Assembly (NCBI RefSeq): GCF_006345805.1
Contig: NC_043016.1
Coordinates: forward strand, 1,674,001-1,738,000
Source of the DNA: Octopus sinensis
Lineage: Eukaryota
Reading direction: 5' to 3'
Length of the DNA stretch: 64,000 nucleotides
Part shown: positions 14,784 through 29,766 of the stretch, piece by piece
How the letters are laid out: each line of letters opens with the position of its first letter
Numbering within the stretch: the first letter of the stretch is position 1
Position numbers and translations under genes: made by a program
The notes under the pieces: generated by a model
Database searches by the model: none
Seen by the model: only the letters and a program-made list of their open reading frames with translations
What the model was told of the DNA's origin: nothing

Positions 14784-14785
<2 letters not shown>
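13300..14785 (-). mobile_element. Penelope-like element (PLE), 5'-truncated and degraded: RT C-terminus, linker with CxxC, GIY-YIG endonuclease, 3' pseudo-LTR region
   Basis: LWLRFIDNIYFV...EFLD (RT, 14414-14785). FCKPTSSHIYLH...HLIRSNPKSQFLKIKQICTD (14263-14580). PCSLC...HLVYAAQCTKHNLIYVGCTTEQLNKRFNGH (GIY-YIG, 13695-14096). Confidence 0.85.
13347..13388 (-). ncRNA. Minimal type I hammerhead ribozyme-like motif (U3-A8 core variant) in the PLE 3' region
   Basis: Sense: UUGAAC UUGACAA GACAG-ACUUA-CUGUG GAAA UAUC GUUCAA. Stem I is 6 bp, stem III is the palindrome AUAU, the site is AUC. The G10.1-C11.1 pair is broken. Confidence 0.65.
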
Positions 14786-15525
<740 letters not shown>

Positions 15526-15795
15526 TCTGTTTTATTGGCCACAAGGGCTGACACACATGATTGGTAAACATAAAGGGACAAAACAGGACGAAAGGTTACT
15601 AATGGTTTTGTCCGTTTTTGAAAAAAATCCGAGTAAAAACAGTTCAACAACGAAAGATTGTAACAATTAAAAACTCCCAATAGCGGGAGGCGCTTCGAAA
15701 GGTTCCTGGTGGAGAAAACCCCATAAAAGCCAACGGGACCCTGGCCAAAAAGGGGTGTAGAGAGTCCATTTCTTCTTTTATATTACCTTTTTGAA

Positions 15796-18700
15796 TCACA
15801 GGCGAAACCTGAGAACTGGTCCTTTTATAGTGGCCATTCTCGCACAATTCACCCACCTTTCATAAAACCTGCTATCGGACAGCACTCTCCTCTCTAACCT
15901 CATCTTCCTTTTCAAGTGAAACTTGAAAAAGTTGATGAGGCCTTGACCAAAGAGGAAAGTGTCTGACTTTAGCCCTTTCAAACGGGTCCACCATACCACC
16001 TCTTTCGCCACAGCCACTAGACACAAGAAAACGGCCTCGCCCTCCTTGTTAAAGGAGGTTGGCGGGGCAATCTTCACTATGGATTCGGCCGATAGTCGGA
16101 TCCGTCCTACACGTGACAGTAGCTGTTCGACATAAACCCATATTTCAGCAATACTCGGGCACTGGACGAGTGCGTGCAGGACGGTTTCGTCGTCCTGGCA
16201 ACACCTCGGGCAGGCCATGCTGACGGCACTTCCGTGTCGGTAGAGTTTATCTCGAATAGGCAGAGCCCCTCGGTAGCAATGCCAGGCGAGCAACCTCTGG
16301 AAATTATCCATCGGTCCCGGCCACAAAGTCCTTCCGAACAGACTGCTCAGTTCGTTATCGTCAACGCCTAGAGTTTCCTCGAGAACGTCGTCGCATTTTT
16401 CCTCCACTAACCCTCTATAGAACGCTAGAGGGGAGCTGAAACCGATCGCATTGCACGCCTGTCGGAGGGTGGAGAGAGCTTGACGGCACTCGAGGTGCTA
16501 AGCGCCCATTCTCGGTCTACTTTTGATCCAGGTCTGCAGCTCTGTCGCGTCTGACAAAAGGAAACGCTTGAGATGTCGCAGCCTGAAGGCATGGCTGCGC
16601 AACAGCAACCACGGCATTCCAAGGCCTCCGTTCAGCGGTCGTTGACAGCAGATGGATCGCCTGACCAGTGGCACCTGACCCTTCCACAAAAAGTCGAAGA
16701 GCAGGCGTACCAGCCTGGCCAACCTGCGGTCGGGACAAGGGACGACGGTCGAGCGGTAATAGATGACGGATGCGATGTACGCATTCGCCACCTCCGCTCG
16801 ACCTTTCAGGGACAGCTTCCTCTCGGCTATTTTTCTGGGTGAGACGTGCCACCCTGGTCGTCATTCTTCCCAGTTCTTATCCACCTGGAGGTCCGGACCG
16901 AACCAGACCCCGAGCAGTTTAACGGGTCCGTCTGTCCAGCGCCCTACGACGCTGTTGGACGGCATGGGCTTGCCTCTCCAGGTGCCCAGTTGCAAGCCCA
17001 CAGACTTTTCCGCGTTAATCTTTGCCCCTGTCACCGCTTCGTACTGGTTTAGCGTCTCGCCAATCAGGCTAATGTGCCTGTGGCTCGACACCACCACGGT
17101 GACGTCGTCGGCATAAGCAGACACGGTGTTTCCGCCTCCTAGATCGCGCGGGATACCCCTCATAGCCTCCAACTTGCGCAGTATTGGCTCGAGAGTCAAA
17201 ATGTACAAGAGGGAGGAGAGAGGGCATCCTTGGCGGACCGAACGCGAGATGTCGAACGGTTCCGAAAGGTGACCGTTCACCCGTATCACCGAGCAGATGT
17301 TGCTGTATAAAGCAGCGATCCACCCGCGGAAGACTGGACCGAAGCCGGTTGCCTTGAGGACAGCTGCCAGGTACCGATGGTCGACCCTATCGAAGGCTTT
17401 ACTCTGATATAAGGTGATCAAAGCCCCACCCGCGCCAGCGTCGTTACCCACCCTCTCTATGATGTAGCGCATGAGATGGAGGTTGTCGTGTATCGACCTG
17501 GTCGGCACAGCGCATGTCTGCGTCTTGCCGACCAGCTTGTCCACGACAAGCGCCAATCTCTTGGCTAGCACCTTGGCCAAAATCTTCAACTCTGCATTGA
17601 GCAGAGTGATGGGCCGGAAATTCCCTATAACGTCCCCCTTGTTTGGGTCCTTCTTTAGCAAAGCCACCACCCCTCGACAGACAAAAGCAGGAATTCTCCC
17701 GTTTTGCTGCCAGTTGCAGTAGACGTTTGCCAACAGGTCCGCAAACAAGTCTGGCATTGAAAAGTAAAGCTCGTAGGGCAGACCATCCAAACCCGGCGAT
17801 CTACCTCTCGTGCAACTCTTCATCGCTTCCTGTACTTCCCAGGCAGATATCGGTCCTTCGCAGCACTCTGCCTCGCTGTCCGAGAGTTGCGGTAGGCCGT
17901 CCAGGTACACACCGAAGTCTGCACCGCTGTCCGTTCCACCGCTCGTCCCAAACAGTTGAGCAAAGTGCCGCTGAAGCACCGTACACATCTGCTTCGGTTC
18001 GGTAACCTCGCGCCCGTTCTGGTCCACCAAAGACCGAATGGTTGCTCTGTTGCCTCGGTTTGCCTCCGCCACGCGGGCCCATCGAGCGCCTCTAGTCCCC
18101 TCCCCGCTTAGCGAACGTGCCTTAGCTCTGACAACGCAACCTTCGTGTTTGGCGTCGAAGTGTTGGTCGAGGGCCAACCTTGCCGCCAACACGTCGGTCG
18201 CGATGCCAGTGTCAAGAGCCTCGTCTAGTTTCTTAACTAAATCCCGCTCTCTCTTCCTACGTTCAATAGCTAGAGTCTTACTATACCTAATCGACTCTAC
18301 TCTAATTGCTCTCTTGAGGGCAAACCACCAGTTGTTGTTGATGATTGCCCCCGTAAGCGCCCGCTTAACTAGTAAATTAATCCGGTCTCTGTAAGCTTTG
18401 CACGCCGTTAACGACGCGTTCAGCTTCCAGTAGCCGGGTCCCTGTCTATGTAGCCTATCTAAGTCGACCGTACAGATCACTAATTTGTGGTCTGTATATT
18501 CGACTAGGTGGAATTGTGGATACCCTACGCTGCCCTTATCCGCTGGCCTACAAAACACTCTATCTAAGTACGATCTAGACGACCCGATGCAATTGTTGCA
18601 AGTCCACATTGGCACATTCGGGTTGTCTAGTCGAAACCTGTCGGACAGCTGAAAGCGGCCGAGTAGGTTGGCGAGGCTCTTGCACCCTCCCCCTCTCCCA

Positions 18701-19179
18701 TCAGACGCTCCCGTGCCCACCCGATCGAAACGTTCGTCTAAGACAGCGTTCCAATCCCCAACTAGCACTAGAGTGCGTGACGTTCCCAGGAAAACTTCCA
18801 GACGTTTGAAATAATCCGACTGCCCTGCTCCTGTCGGAGCGTAGGCAGCAAGCAGTCTGAAAGCACCGCCGTCACTACCGTCCACGTCGAGGATCACCAA
18901 CTTACCTTCCGGATCCAAGAAGACTGTCCTTATTTTCATGTCCAGGCGCTTCCGAAACAACACCGCAGTACCACCACCGCCCGCTCCCGGCCGACACGGA
19001 GATAGAAATATCTCGTATCCGCCGAAAAGGGCTGCGAGTTCCTGCGGGTCGGAGAGCCTGGTTTCACTGATGGCTGCTACATCCACATCATGAAACCTCA
19101 GGTCGTTTAACAGGTGACCCTGTTTCCAAGGTGACCCGAGGCCTCTCACATTCAAGCAACCGATTCTAAGATTTGCCAT
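15796..19179 (-). pseudogene. Tx1 ORF2 (APE endonuclease + RT + C-terminal Cys motif), frameshifts near 16861 and 16500-16410
   Basis: LNVRGL, ISET, VGDWN, SYLDRVF, TDHK (APE). RSPGLDG, FRPITLLN, KAFDRVDH, GCPLS, AYADD (RT). CPRC...ETVLHALVQC. Confidence 0.9.
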
Positions 19180-19218
19180 GTTTCAAAAGTTTGGAAAAAA
19201 AAAAGGAGAAAAAAGGCT

Positions 19219-21035
19219 CTACTTACTGTTGTTGGTGGTGGGGATGGCTCCCTTGTGCTTTTGCACGGGTGCTTCCACGATATTTTTGTACAGTTTCTGA
19301 GAGAAACTTTTCCCTAACGATCCCACAACGTTAGGGAATATTTGTTTAACTTCGTTGTATACTGTTTTGTTTATTTTTATTGTGAGAATGTGTGCTGGTG
19401 GTGTGTTGTGTGTAGATATTATGAAATCTGTAATGTTTGTGCTTGTTTTGTCTTTCAAATACTCAACCAGTTCTTGGTTTTTTGTATTTATTGCTGTAAT
19501 TGTGTCTGTGTTTGTTTGTGTCTGTGACAGTGGCAATGGCAATAGTGGTGTCGAAAGTGTTGTTGTTGTTGTTTGTTGTTGTGAGTGTGTGTTGTTGTTG
19601 TTGTTGTTGTTGATGATGGGAAGTACTATTTGTTCGTGCTTCCCCTGTAAATCTTTTTGTTTTCTCCTCCTTTTCTTTTTTGGAGGCACTGTGCCCCATT
19701 CTCCTTTGTTGGAATCAGAGCTCGCACAATCCGAGATCTCTTCATCCGGCAAAGGAATGGTTGAGGGGTCTGCTTCAGCAGCAGGACGAAAGGTTTTTGG
19801 TTCCGCCGGTATCGGTGGTGCCGCTGCTCCTGTTGCTGTTGATGTTGCTGCAGTTGATCTTCGAGGTACTGGTGTCGGTGTTGGTTTGGTGGTTGTTGTT
19901 GTTGGAGGTGGTGTTGTTCGTCTTGGTGCTGGTGTTGGTGATGGTGGTGTGGCAGCTTTTGGTGTTTCATGCTGTTTCTGTTGCTGTTTCTGTTGTTGTT
20001 GTTGTTGTTGTTGCTGCCTCTTGCTGTACTCCTCCATTCTCTTTTTTTGAATGGGGCAGTCCCTTTTCAGGTGGCTTTCGCTACTGCAGAGGAAACATTT
20101 AGGCTTTCGCCCCTCTACAGTAACATTTAGCCTGGTCCATCTAGCAAGATGACAAAGTCAGGTATGGCATTGATGTTTTCCTGCTGGATCTGTACCAGCA
20201 GTTCAATACCCATACCTGGCCAGTTCTTTTCTCGTACCCTCCGAACATTTAGAATAGTGGCAGTGTCCTCTATGCCATAGAGGATAGCCGCCACTAGCCA
20301 TGAGATTTTCTGTTCGGTGGGTATTGTGTTGATAGTTATTTTTTGTACCTTACGCCCGAGGTACGTCGGGACGAGGAACAAATGTTCATTTTGCAAGGGC
20401 GAAATGGCATGTGCCCTTGCTTGCTCCTCTGTTGGGAAGCGAACCTCCACGGTTCCAAATCGCTTCCCTCTTGTCACATAGCTCTTTTGGCCCCAAATGG
20501 GCTTCAGAGCTATTTCTAATTGTTGTGGTGTGGCGTTAAGCAATCTTTTGGTTTTCTTTTCGAAAACTTTATAGAATATTGTTTTTTTATTTGTCTCGTG
20601 TATGAGTTGTTGAGGTGTGTTAAGGAAAACACTATTTCCTTCCTTTCTCAACAAATCTTTTGCCATTTTAATGTCGTCCATTGTAATTTCAATCTCTTCC
20701 GAAATCTGCTTTGCAGCTGAAGCAAAGCCTTTTGAATTTTCTTCAATCTTTGATTCTTTGTTTATTTCTTTCTTGTTCCTATTCCCTTCCTCCCCCTTCG
20801 GTACTATAACATTAGTTGAAGGCAGAGGGGGAAAATCGGGAGTGACGTCGAACGCGACGTCCTGGCTAGCATTCTCTTTTGGAACGGCGCGCGTGCATTC
20901 CGTTTCGGAAAGAGGAGCTCTGTTGCCTTTTACGGCCTGAAATGGGTTGTTCGTAACCCGTAACGTAGTTTTTTGTTCTTGTGGAGGGGGTGTTGTTAGA
21001 AGGAGGGAAGAGCCAACAGCTCGTTTCAACGCCAT
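19219..21035 (-). pseudogene. Tx1 ORF1 with one frameshift near 20130; RRM-like region and CCHC knuckle
   Basis: ORF 20127-21134 (likely start MALKRAVG at 21035). A shifted frame gives VTVEGRKPKCFLCSSESHLKRDC, which runs into ORF 19219-20037. Confidence 0.8.
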
Positions 21036-21269
21036 TTTGTAAATGTGTGAGTGCAAATATGTCAAATTTTCAGTAATAAACAGTAATTTCACCCCGAATG
21101 GGGCAAAATTTCGCCCAACCGACGAGCTCCGCAAGAAGCCAGTCGGTTTGGCTACAAAACTATTTTAAAATATTCAAACTTATCGACAAATTTCCAATGA
21201 AATTGGTGCCAAATTCACGGAGCCTTTTCAGACACGTCCATCGGCGTCGGAAGGAATAATAATAATAAT

Positions 21270-22270
21270 CAATTCTTTTTTATTGGCCACAAGGGCTGAC
21301 ACGCATGATTACATAAAGGGACAAAACAGGACGAAAGGTTACAAAGGGTTTTGCCGTTTTTGAAAAACATCGAGTAAAAACTTTTTAACAACAATTATAA
21401 TAAAACAATCAAAAACTCCCAAAAGGGGGAGACGTTTCGAAAGGTTCCTGGTGGAAAAACTCTACAAAAGCCAACGGGAGCCTGGTCAAAAAAGGGGGTG
21501 TAGAGAGTCCCCTTTCTTCTCCTTTTACATTACCTTTTTGAAATCACAGGCGAAACCTGAGAATTGGTCCATTTATACAGGCCAGTCTCGCACAATTCAC
21601 CCACCTTTCATAAAACTTGCTATCGGACAGCACTTTCCTCTCTAACTTCATCTTCCTTTTCAAGTGAAACTTGAAAAAGTTGATGAGGCCTTGACCAAAG
21701 AGGAAAGTGTCTGTCTTTAGCCCTTTCAAACGAGTCCACCACACGACCTCTTTCGCCACAGCCACTAGGCACAAGAAAACGGCCTCGCCCTCCTCGTTAA
21801 AGGAGGTCGGCGGGGAAATCTTCACTATGGATTCGGCCGATAGTCGGATCCGTCCTACACATGACAGTAGCTGTTCGACATAAACCCATATTTCAGCAAT
21901 ACTCGGGCACTGGACGAGTGCGTGCAGAACGGTTTCGTCGTCCTGGCAACACCTCGGGCAGGCCCGGCTGACGGCACTTCCGTGCCGGTAGAGTTTATCT
22001 CGAACAGGCAGAGCCCCTCGGTAGCACTGCCAGGCGAGCGACCTCTGGAAATTATCCATCGGCCCCGGCCCGAAAGTCCTCCCGAACAGACCGCACAGTT
22101 CGTCGTCTTCAACGCCTAGAGTTTCCCCGAGAACGTCGTCGCATTTTCCCTCCACTAACCCTCTATAGAACGCTAGAGTGGAGCTGTAACCGATCGCATT
22201 GCCCGCCTGGCGGAGGGCGGAGAGGGCTTGACGGCACTCGAGGTGCCAAGCGCCCTTTCTCGGTCTACGT
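21270..22270 (-). mobile_element. 5'-truncated Tx1 family A copy; its (ATT)5 tail abuts the 5' end of the full-length copy
   Basis: ORF 21544-22155 is near-identical to 15796-16407. Same 3' UTR terminus. Confidence 0.9.
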
Positions 22271-22274
22271 TTGA

Positions 22275-22485
22275 TAATGATAAGGAGAAGGAGAAGAAGA
22301 AGAAGAAGGAGGAGGAGGAGGAGGATGAGAAGGGGGAGGAAGAGGAAGAAGAAGAAGAAGGAGAAGATGGTGATGAAGAAAAAGAAGAAGAATGAGGAGG
22401 AGGAGGAGGAGGAAGAGGAGAAGAAGAAGGAAGGGGAAGAGGAGAAGAAGAAGAAGGTGAAGAAGAAGAAGAAGAAGAAGAAGAC
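22275..22485. repeat. Purine-rich (GAA/GAG)n low-complexity tract
   Basis: Read directly. Confidence 0.9.
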
Positions 22486-22489
22486 GAAT

Positions 22490-22652
22490 GATTCTTTACA
22501 TCAACCCCAGGGTATCACTGGTTCTTAATTTATAGACCCTGAAAAGATAAGGGGCAAAGTCGATCTCGGCGGAACTTAACTCAAAACATAAAGGGTAGAC
22601 GAAATGCCCGTTAAGCATTTCGGCCGACGTACTAACGATTCTGCCAGCCGAC
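22490..22652 (-). mobile_element. Diverged SINE lacking its 3' tail
   Basis: Similar to the SINE head and core (ggcaaagtcgatctcggcggaac...gaaatgcccgttaagcatttcggccgacgtactaacgattctgccagc). Confidence 0.7.
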
Positions 22653-22691
22653 TTTCTACTACTACTACTACTAATAATAATAATAATAATA

Positions 22692-22908
22692 AAGGTTTCA
22701 AATTTTGGCACAAGGCCTGCAATTTCGAGGTAGGGGTTTGAGTCGAATACATCGACCTCAGTACTCAATTGGTATTTATTTTATCGAACCCGAACGGATG
22801 AAAGGCAAAGTCGACCTTGTCAAAATTAGAACTCGGAACGTAAATATGGACGAAATGCCACTAAACATTATGTCCGGCGTGCTAACGAGTCTGCCAGCTC
22901 GCCGCCTT
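22692..22908 (-). mobile_element. SINE with a third tail type (ggccttgtgccaaaatttgaaacc(tta)n)
   Basis: Shared core cgaacggatgaaaggcaaagtcgacc. Head is ggcggcgagctggcag on the minus strand. Confidence 0.8.
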
Positions 22909-23414
22909 CATTAATAATATTAATAGAGACAGCAACAATAGAAAAATAGTAATAACACTTATAATAAATAAACATATAAAAAAAAAGATACGTTGCAGTA
23001 GAAAACGAAAGGGGGACAAAAAATTCATCAGGAACGAGGGAGTGAAAATCTGGAAAACGGAAGACAAATAATACAAATGAAATATTTCAGTTATTTGCAT
23101 TTTTCCGACTCTTTTCATAAGAGAAATCTATTGAAATGTATTGTTCCCGAAGAGTAGAATCACAAATGCAATTACGAAGTTAGGAGACGTATCACTTAAT
23201 ACAAGCACAAGATTGCATTTCTAATTAATATCGTTTTTTCTGCTAGTGACTAAACAAATTAGTAATATGCATACATGCATACATACATATGTATTTATAT
23301 ATATATATGCACATACATACACATACTCATGCACACACACAAACACACACACACGCACGCACACACACACACATTTATATTATATATATATATATACATA
23401 AATAAATATATATA

Positions 23415-23503
<89 letters not shown>

Positions 23504-23743
23504 TATAAGTTCATGTGAGCCTTATGCTTGTCTGCAGATGTGTGTGTGTGACTGCATGTCTATATTTAAGTATGTGACTAGATGTGTATATGTGTAAGAC
23601 TACCTACACGCCCACCCACCCATACACACACATATCGTCTGCACAAATTTTCTACGTAAAACATTGCCAAGAGGTAAGTATATATATATATATATACTAT
23701 TATATGGTATAGAAAAAGTTTTAATCGATATAATGTAAGAATA

Positions 23744-23791
<48 letters not shown>

Positions 23792-23792
<1 letters not shown>

Positions 23793-24347
23793 GAGTGAGA
23801 GAGCAGTTCATGCCATCAAAGTGACACTGGGGTAAAATATACGAAGCCCAATATACCCATCATGACTACCCATCTGATAAAGGTACACCAGGCACATGCA
23901 TCACAACCATATGTGCGCGACATGGTGATCTCATATCAAGATAAACAGCACATGACCTTGCAGGTGGGGCCCAGTTAGAATTTTCTTCAGGTTGAGTAGC
24001 CCATCCCGCTCAAACGGTCCCTGAATAAGGGTTGTTTAAGGATGTTGAAAGAAACACCCATGTTTCCAGAGGTGAACTATTCAAACCCCAAAGAATCCCT
24101 CTCAACACATAGCTATGATGCTCCCCCACTACTTCTGCTCGTGATCAGAGATGCACATATCGTTAGCCACCAAGGGACATGATCAACTGGTTAAGGTCAA
24201 ACAACTGACAAGCAAATCTGTGGTATTGAGCAGAATATTTGCTGTAGCGCATCTTTTATACCAAGACAAAACAATGTACATGATAACACTTCCAGTCAGT
24301 TAAGATCAGAAGCCATGAGAGCCACTGCCTGGTACTGCATCAGGGCA

Positions 24348-24348
<1 letters not shown>
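23792..24348 (-). mobile_element. Full-length ~555-bp (TAA)n-associated element, reverse orientation
   Basis: Reverse complement of 12654-13208, with (TTA)n on both sides. Confidence 0.88.
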
Positions 24349-24422
<74 letters not shown>

Positions 24423-24790
24423 TATCATTATCATTATTATTATTATTATAATTATTATTATTGTATCATCATCATCATCATTATTATAATAATAATAATT
24501 ATTATTATTATTATTATTATTAGTAGTAGTAGTAGTAGTAGTAGTTGTAATAGTAGTAGTAGTGGTAGTAGTAGTAACAGCAATAATAGTAGTAGCAGCA
24601 GTAGTGGAAGTATTAGTTGTAATTGTAGTTGTAGTAGTAGTAGGGGTGGGGTGGTATTAGTAATTGTTGATGAGAGGCGATATAGTTTTTTTTTCCTGTA
24701 AAAAGAAAATGAACATAATTTAATCAATTAATGTTAGAAACAATAAAATTCTTGAAGTATATAGTACTTATGAAAACTTAAAAGACAAAC

Positions 24791-24844
<54 letters not shown>

Positions 24845-25697
24845 TTAGATTTTTGTTCGCATAGAGAGAAAATAGAGAAAAAGAAAATATCCCAGTAGAA
24901 AATGTTCATTGAAGCTGAAAATTCTATAAGGTGAATTAACAGTTTCGATTTTTGCACTCTGTTGAACAAATGCAGAACAAGTGGGTGCCTTTCCTCTAGA
25001 CGGTGTACGAGGAATACCAACATAGGATACGAATGAGGCTTTGCATCCTACCACTGCTTGGTAAAATTATCAATTACAAATTAATTAATTAATTTTACCC
25101 TTATTATTATTGAAAATATAATTCTCTCCCTGATAATTAACGACAGATCCTTCTGTAGGAATTTGTTGCTTTATAACTCACGTGGTTGGAGAGGGGAGGA
25201 TGCAAACCACATTCGCATGTTTTTAATTCGTTAGTACTGGATGTCGAGGAAGGTTCGTCTGAGGTTACTCAAATCAGATGGGTATGTTCGATTTTTAGTG
25301 CTCTCAAATTTAAATTTAATGAAATCTTGTGTTGATGACAGGAATGTTGGAATAGGGATGTATTTCTAGCATCTCTATCTCTAACTAACCCAGAAACGCG
25401 TTCACGGGTAATCTATTTTCGAGTGAACTTTCGTTATTTTTCCCACTATGCCTACGTGAATTGTTTTTGAGTATACTTCTCTGGGAAACTCTTCTTATAG
25501 TAGAGGAAATAGCTAAATTCTTTGCCTGCAATTTCTAAAAGTTCGGTGTGTGGTAAAGCTAGTTCTTTTTGCTGAAATCTAATTATATTAAGTAATGTTT
25601 ATATATATATATATATATTAGTACATATACATACATACATACATACATACATACTACATACATACATACATACATACAAACATACATACATACATAC

Positions 25698-25744
<47 letters not shown>

Positions 25745-25749
25745 CATAC

Positions 25750-25808
<59 letters not shown>

Positions 25809-25835
25809 CATACATAAATATATATATATATATTT

Positions 25836-28800
25836 TTTCTCTCTAGTTTCAGCTCAGAGCTGCGGCCATGCTAATGCACCGCCGTTTTGTGCCACACTGT
25901 TATTGCGAAGAACCTCGTCTTATATGTGGCACTTGGTGAAGAATGGAGTTTGATATAGCTACTCTCATTTGCACCTCTTGCCGTGAGGTAGGTTCATCTG
26001 GGACTCTTGACAGGAAGATGTCCAACTTTGATTTAAAAACCGCTACATCTACTTTGTGCAAGTTCCTCAGACACTTTGGCAGAATATTAAAAAGCTGTGG
26101 GCCCTTGAAACCCAGGCTGTTGCAGAAGCTGGTCCTGAAGCGTGATGGCATTGCTGGGATCGTTGGCACTATGCAGTGTCGTCCTGTTCTAGCATTGGTG
26201 TAGCTTACAATGCCAAAATTTGGCACAATTTCTTCCGGGATTTTCCAGACATATATTACTGCATACCTCTTCCGTCTTCTCTCCAGGGAGTAGAGTCTTA
26301 GCTGTTTCAACCTTTCCCAGTAGCTGAGCTGTTGCAAAGAGACGATCTTGTTTGTGAATCTTCTCTGGATTGCTTCAAGGTCTGCTGTTAATTTTACACT
26401 GGTGGGTGACCATAACTGTGAGCAGTAATCCAGGCGGCTGAGGACGAATGTCCGCCAGAGGACCATCATGGTTTCCTTATCTCTGGTTCTGAATGTTCTT
26501 AGGATCCACCCAGCCAGTCGTCTGCACTTTGTCGCTATCCTGGTAATGTGCACTTGGAAAGAGGTATCATCACTCATGTCGATACCCAGGTTCCTCACAG
26601 ACTTAGGCTCTGGGATTGAAATTCCCTGTGGACCGGTGTATCCTGTAAATTTAATATTCAGTTTTGGATGCTGGTAGCGCAAGGCCTGGAATTTTTTAGC
26701 ATTAAACTGCATATTATTATCCTCAGCCCATCTGTAGATTGAGTCCAACTCCTGCTGCAGGTGTGCAACATCGCTGGGGTTCTGTATTTTCTGCGAGACT
26801 TTCGTATCGTCTGCATAGCTGGCCAGAGTGGTTATCCGGGCATTTGAGGGCATATTTGAGAGGGCCACTATAAAAAGCAGTGGTCCCAAGACAGTGCCCA
26901 GTGGAACACCGCTCACTTTTTGTGTGTTCATACAGGTGGCTCCATTAACCACTACTCCCTGACTCCTATCTTTCAGGAAGTCATGTAACCACATTCCAAG
27001 TTTTCCAGCTATGCCGAGGTCACGCATTTTGTGGCATATCACACCATGATCCACCTTGTCAAAAGCTTTTGCAAAATCAAGTTAGATTACGTCAACATTT
27101 GATTTGTTGAGTAACTGCCTCAACACCCAGTCATAATGTTGTAAGGCAGCTCCTACCTGGTCGAAAACCATGCTGGGTATCACTCAGCAAGTTATTTTCC
27201 TCAAGGAATGCGATTAGTTTCTTTCTGACTATCCGTTCCATGACTTTGCTGATGTGTGAAGTCAGAGAGATAGGCCTATAGTTTTTGGCATCTGCTCTAC
27301 TTCCCCCTTTATGTATTGGGCATATTATTCCCTCCTTCAGCTTGCTTGGCAGTTTGCCATTCGCAAGAAAGCTCTGGAAGAGAATCTTGAGGGGTTTTGC
27401 CAGGGCATGCTTACACGCTTTGAGGAGGATGGCTGGGAAACCATCTGGACCAGCAGCTGAGTTTGTGTCCACTTCATCTATGGCTAGTAGGACATCTTTT
27501 TCGCTAATATCAATACATTCTATTGTAACCGCCTCGCTGGTTATAGGTGAGGCGGCAAAGAAGTCCACTGGTTCGTTCACTTGTCTGTGTTTCAACGGGG
27601 TGGTAAAGACACTTTTGACTGGGCATTCAGCATCTCACTGATCTTAGTTGGACTGTCTGTGAGGGAGCCATCCTTTTGGAGGAGGGGTCCTATCTTGTAG
27701 TGCACTGAGACTGTTTCTTTCGCGTAATGAAAGAAGGCCTTTGGGTTTGATTTAATATATTTTATAACCCAGGCTTCTTTGTCTGCTTTCTCCTTCACAT
27801 AGGATTGTTGCAGCCTTTTTTCGATCTCCATCAGTGTTGTTTTTAGGCGGGACGTTTCGCTACTTTTGGGATGTTGGTTGAGACGATTTGCAACCTTCGT
27901 CCTTCGTCTCATGAGGATCTTCCTGTCTCTTGGAATCTTGCTCCTATTTGTTTTGGCCTTGTGCTCTGAGACATATTTCTGGCATACGGTTTGCACAGAA
28001 GACATGAAACATTCTAGTTTCATGTCAATGTCTGGTGTGGGGAGACATTCCGGCCAGTCCTCTCTGAGGATCTCTTTTTGGATCGATTTCCAATCTGCTT
28101 TGTGGAAGTTCAGATTGGAGAGATTTCGGGTGCTTCCTTTACGCTGTATGTCTGGTTACTTTTGGCCCAAACATAGACAGCTCTATTATGTTGTGATCCG
28201 AAACTGATGTCGGTGTCACTTTCACATCATGAATGATGTCCATATTGTTTGTGAAGCAGTGATCCAGAATGTTATTCGCCCTAGTTGGCTTGAGTACAAC
28301 TTGCTCCGTGAAAAAGTCATTAGTGAGGTTGAGCAAGGACTCCACCTGTACTTGCTTGCAATGATTCATTCCCGAGAGTATGTGACCTTCGGGCCATTTG
28401 ACGTTGGGGAAGTTGAAATCACCCATAAGTAATATGGTCACGTGGTGTTCCAGATTCATGAGGATTTCTTTAAGTCTTGTGAGGCAATCTTCAAACTTGC
28501 CTGTGTGATTTGGGGCATCCTGTGGGCAATATGTATTGCATATGACTATATTATGTTGTCTTATGTATACGATTAAAGTGCCACATACCGAATTTGAGTA
28601 TGTCATTAAGACCTGGGGTGTGAGGTCATCTCGGATGTATACAGCAACTCCACCATGGCTCCTTTTCTTTCTGTCTATTCGCAGTATGGCATAGTTTGGT
28701 ATGTGTACTTCTGCGTCCTCTATATCAGGTTTGAGGTGAGTTTCCACAAGTGCTATGCATAGGGCTTGATTGCATGCAGTAAGATCTCTCAGGAAAGAGA

Positions 28801-29760
28801 TTTTCTTTCTATTTTGATGCAACAGGCCCTCAATATTTAGTAAAAGTATTGGGGTGACGGCTGTGCAGGCGTTAGGGGAGGCCATCCCGTGTCTGTTGAC
28901 TGTGGTGGTCTTGCATAGTGGTGGGTAGGATTCCTTCTCTGCGCTTGGTGTAGCCAGGTTAGCTGCCGGACAATTCTTTGCGCCATGCATAAAAAAGACT
29001 CTTGCTCAGCTGCTGCGTTGCGCAGAACATCTGAGGAGCGCACTTCATTTTTGAAAGTTTTCCTGGGAGACATTTTTTGTGTTCCCTCGGTAAAGCTTTT
29101 CTCTTTGAGTCCCCTGAAGTTCTGGTGGGGTGTCGGGTGGGCGAACCGGCAGATTTTGCCGTCCTCACCAAGCCAACATTTGCCCCGCAAGTAGAATTTA
29201 CAGGTTCTTCGGTGCCTTCCAGATTTCTTCTTTCCTGAAGTGTACTGGATGGCATTGGATCCTCCATGGGGTTCTCTGCTGTTTGTGTGGTGTGTTGGGT
29301 TTTCAACTTTGGTTGTTTTGCCTTTTTCCTCCTTTTCCCTCCTTATTTTTGTTTTCGGTCCTTCCTTTTTTCTTCTGTTTTTCTAATTTTTCATTTCTTT
29401 GTAGGACCACTGATACAGGGGGGGGGGCTTCTGGTTTCTGCTCCCTTGGATCCCCTATGCTTCACTACCTGGTCGTTCACCGGGGTAGGTGATCCATTTT
29501 CCTGAGGAACCCCTGGATCACAGAGACTTCCGACTTCCTTCTCTTTTTCGTCCTCTTCATCCACATCAGCCTTGCAACAATAATTTTCATTTATGTGATA
29601 TATATATATACATACCCATCCCCACATCTTTACACCTATACATACATACACACACACGTCCAGATCACCAGCCCTCTTTCACACGCACATACATACTCTC
29701 TTATACACACACGCACCTTCGTGTTGGGGGCACCTTCGTTTTGTCCCTCTCGCGTCTGAC
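25836..29760 (-). mobile_element. CR1-group LINE with ORF1 (CCCH finger) and a disrupted APE-RT ORF2; 5' boundary approximate
   Basis: ORF1 motif CKFYLRGKCWLGEDGKICRFAHP (~29125-29195). APE 28139-28990 (LNIEGL, LVETHL, GDFNFP, SDHN). RT 27131-27595 (AAGPDG, YRPISLTS) and 25900-27054 (GVPLGTVLGP, YADD, LDYCSQLWSP). 3' end ggcggtgcattagcatggccgcagctctgagctgaaac. Confidence 0.88.
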
Positions 29761-29766
29761 CACTGT

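Noticed and set aside
19342-20102. Overlapping Cys/Val-rich ORFs on the plus strand
   Set aside because: Antisense readings of the low-complexity Tx1 ORF1 C-terminus.
24845-25054. YVGIPR resembling Helitron helicase LYVALSR
   Set aside because: The match is too short and there are no other helicase motifs or consistent Helitron ends.
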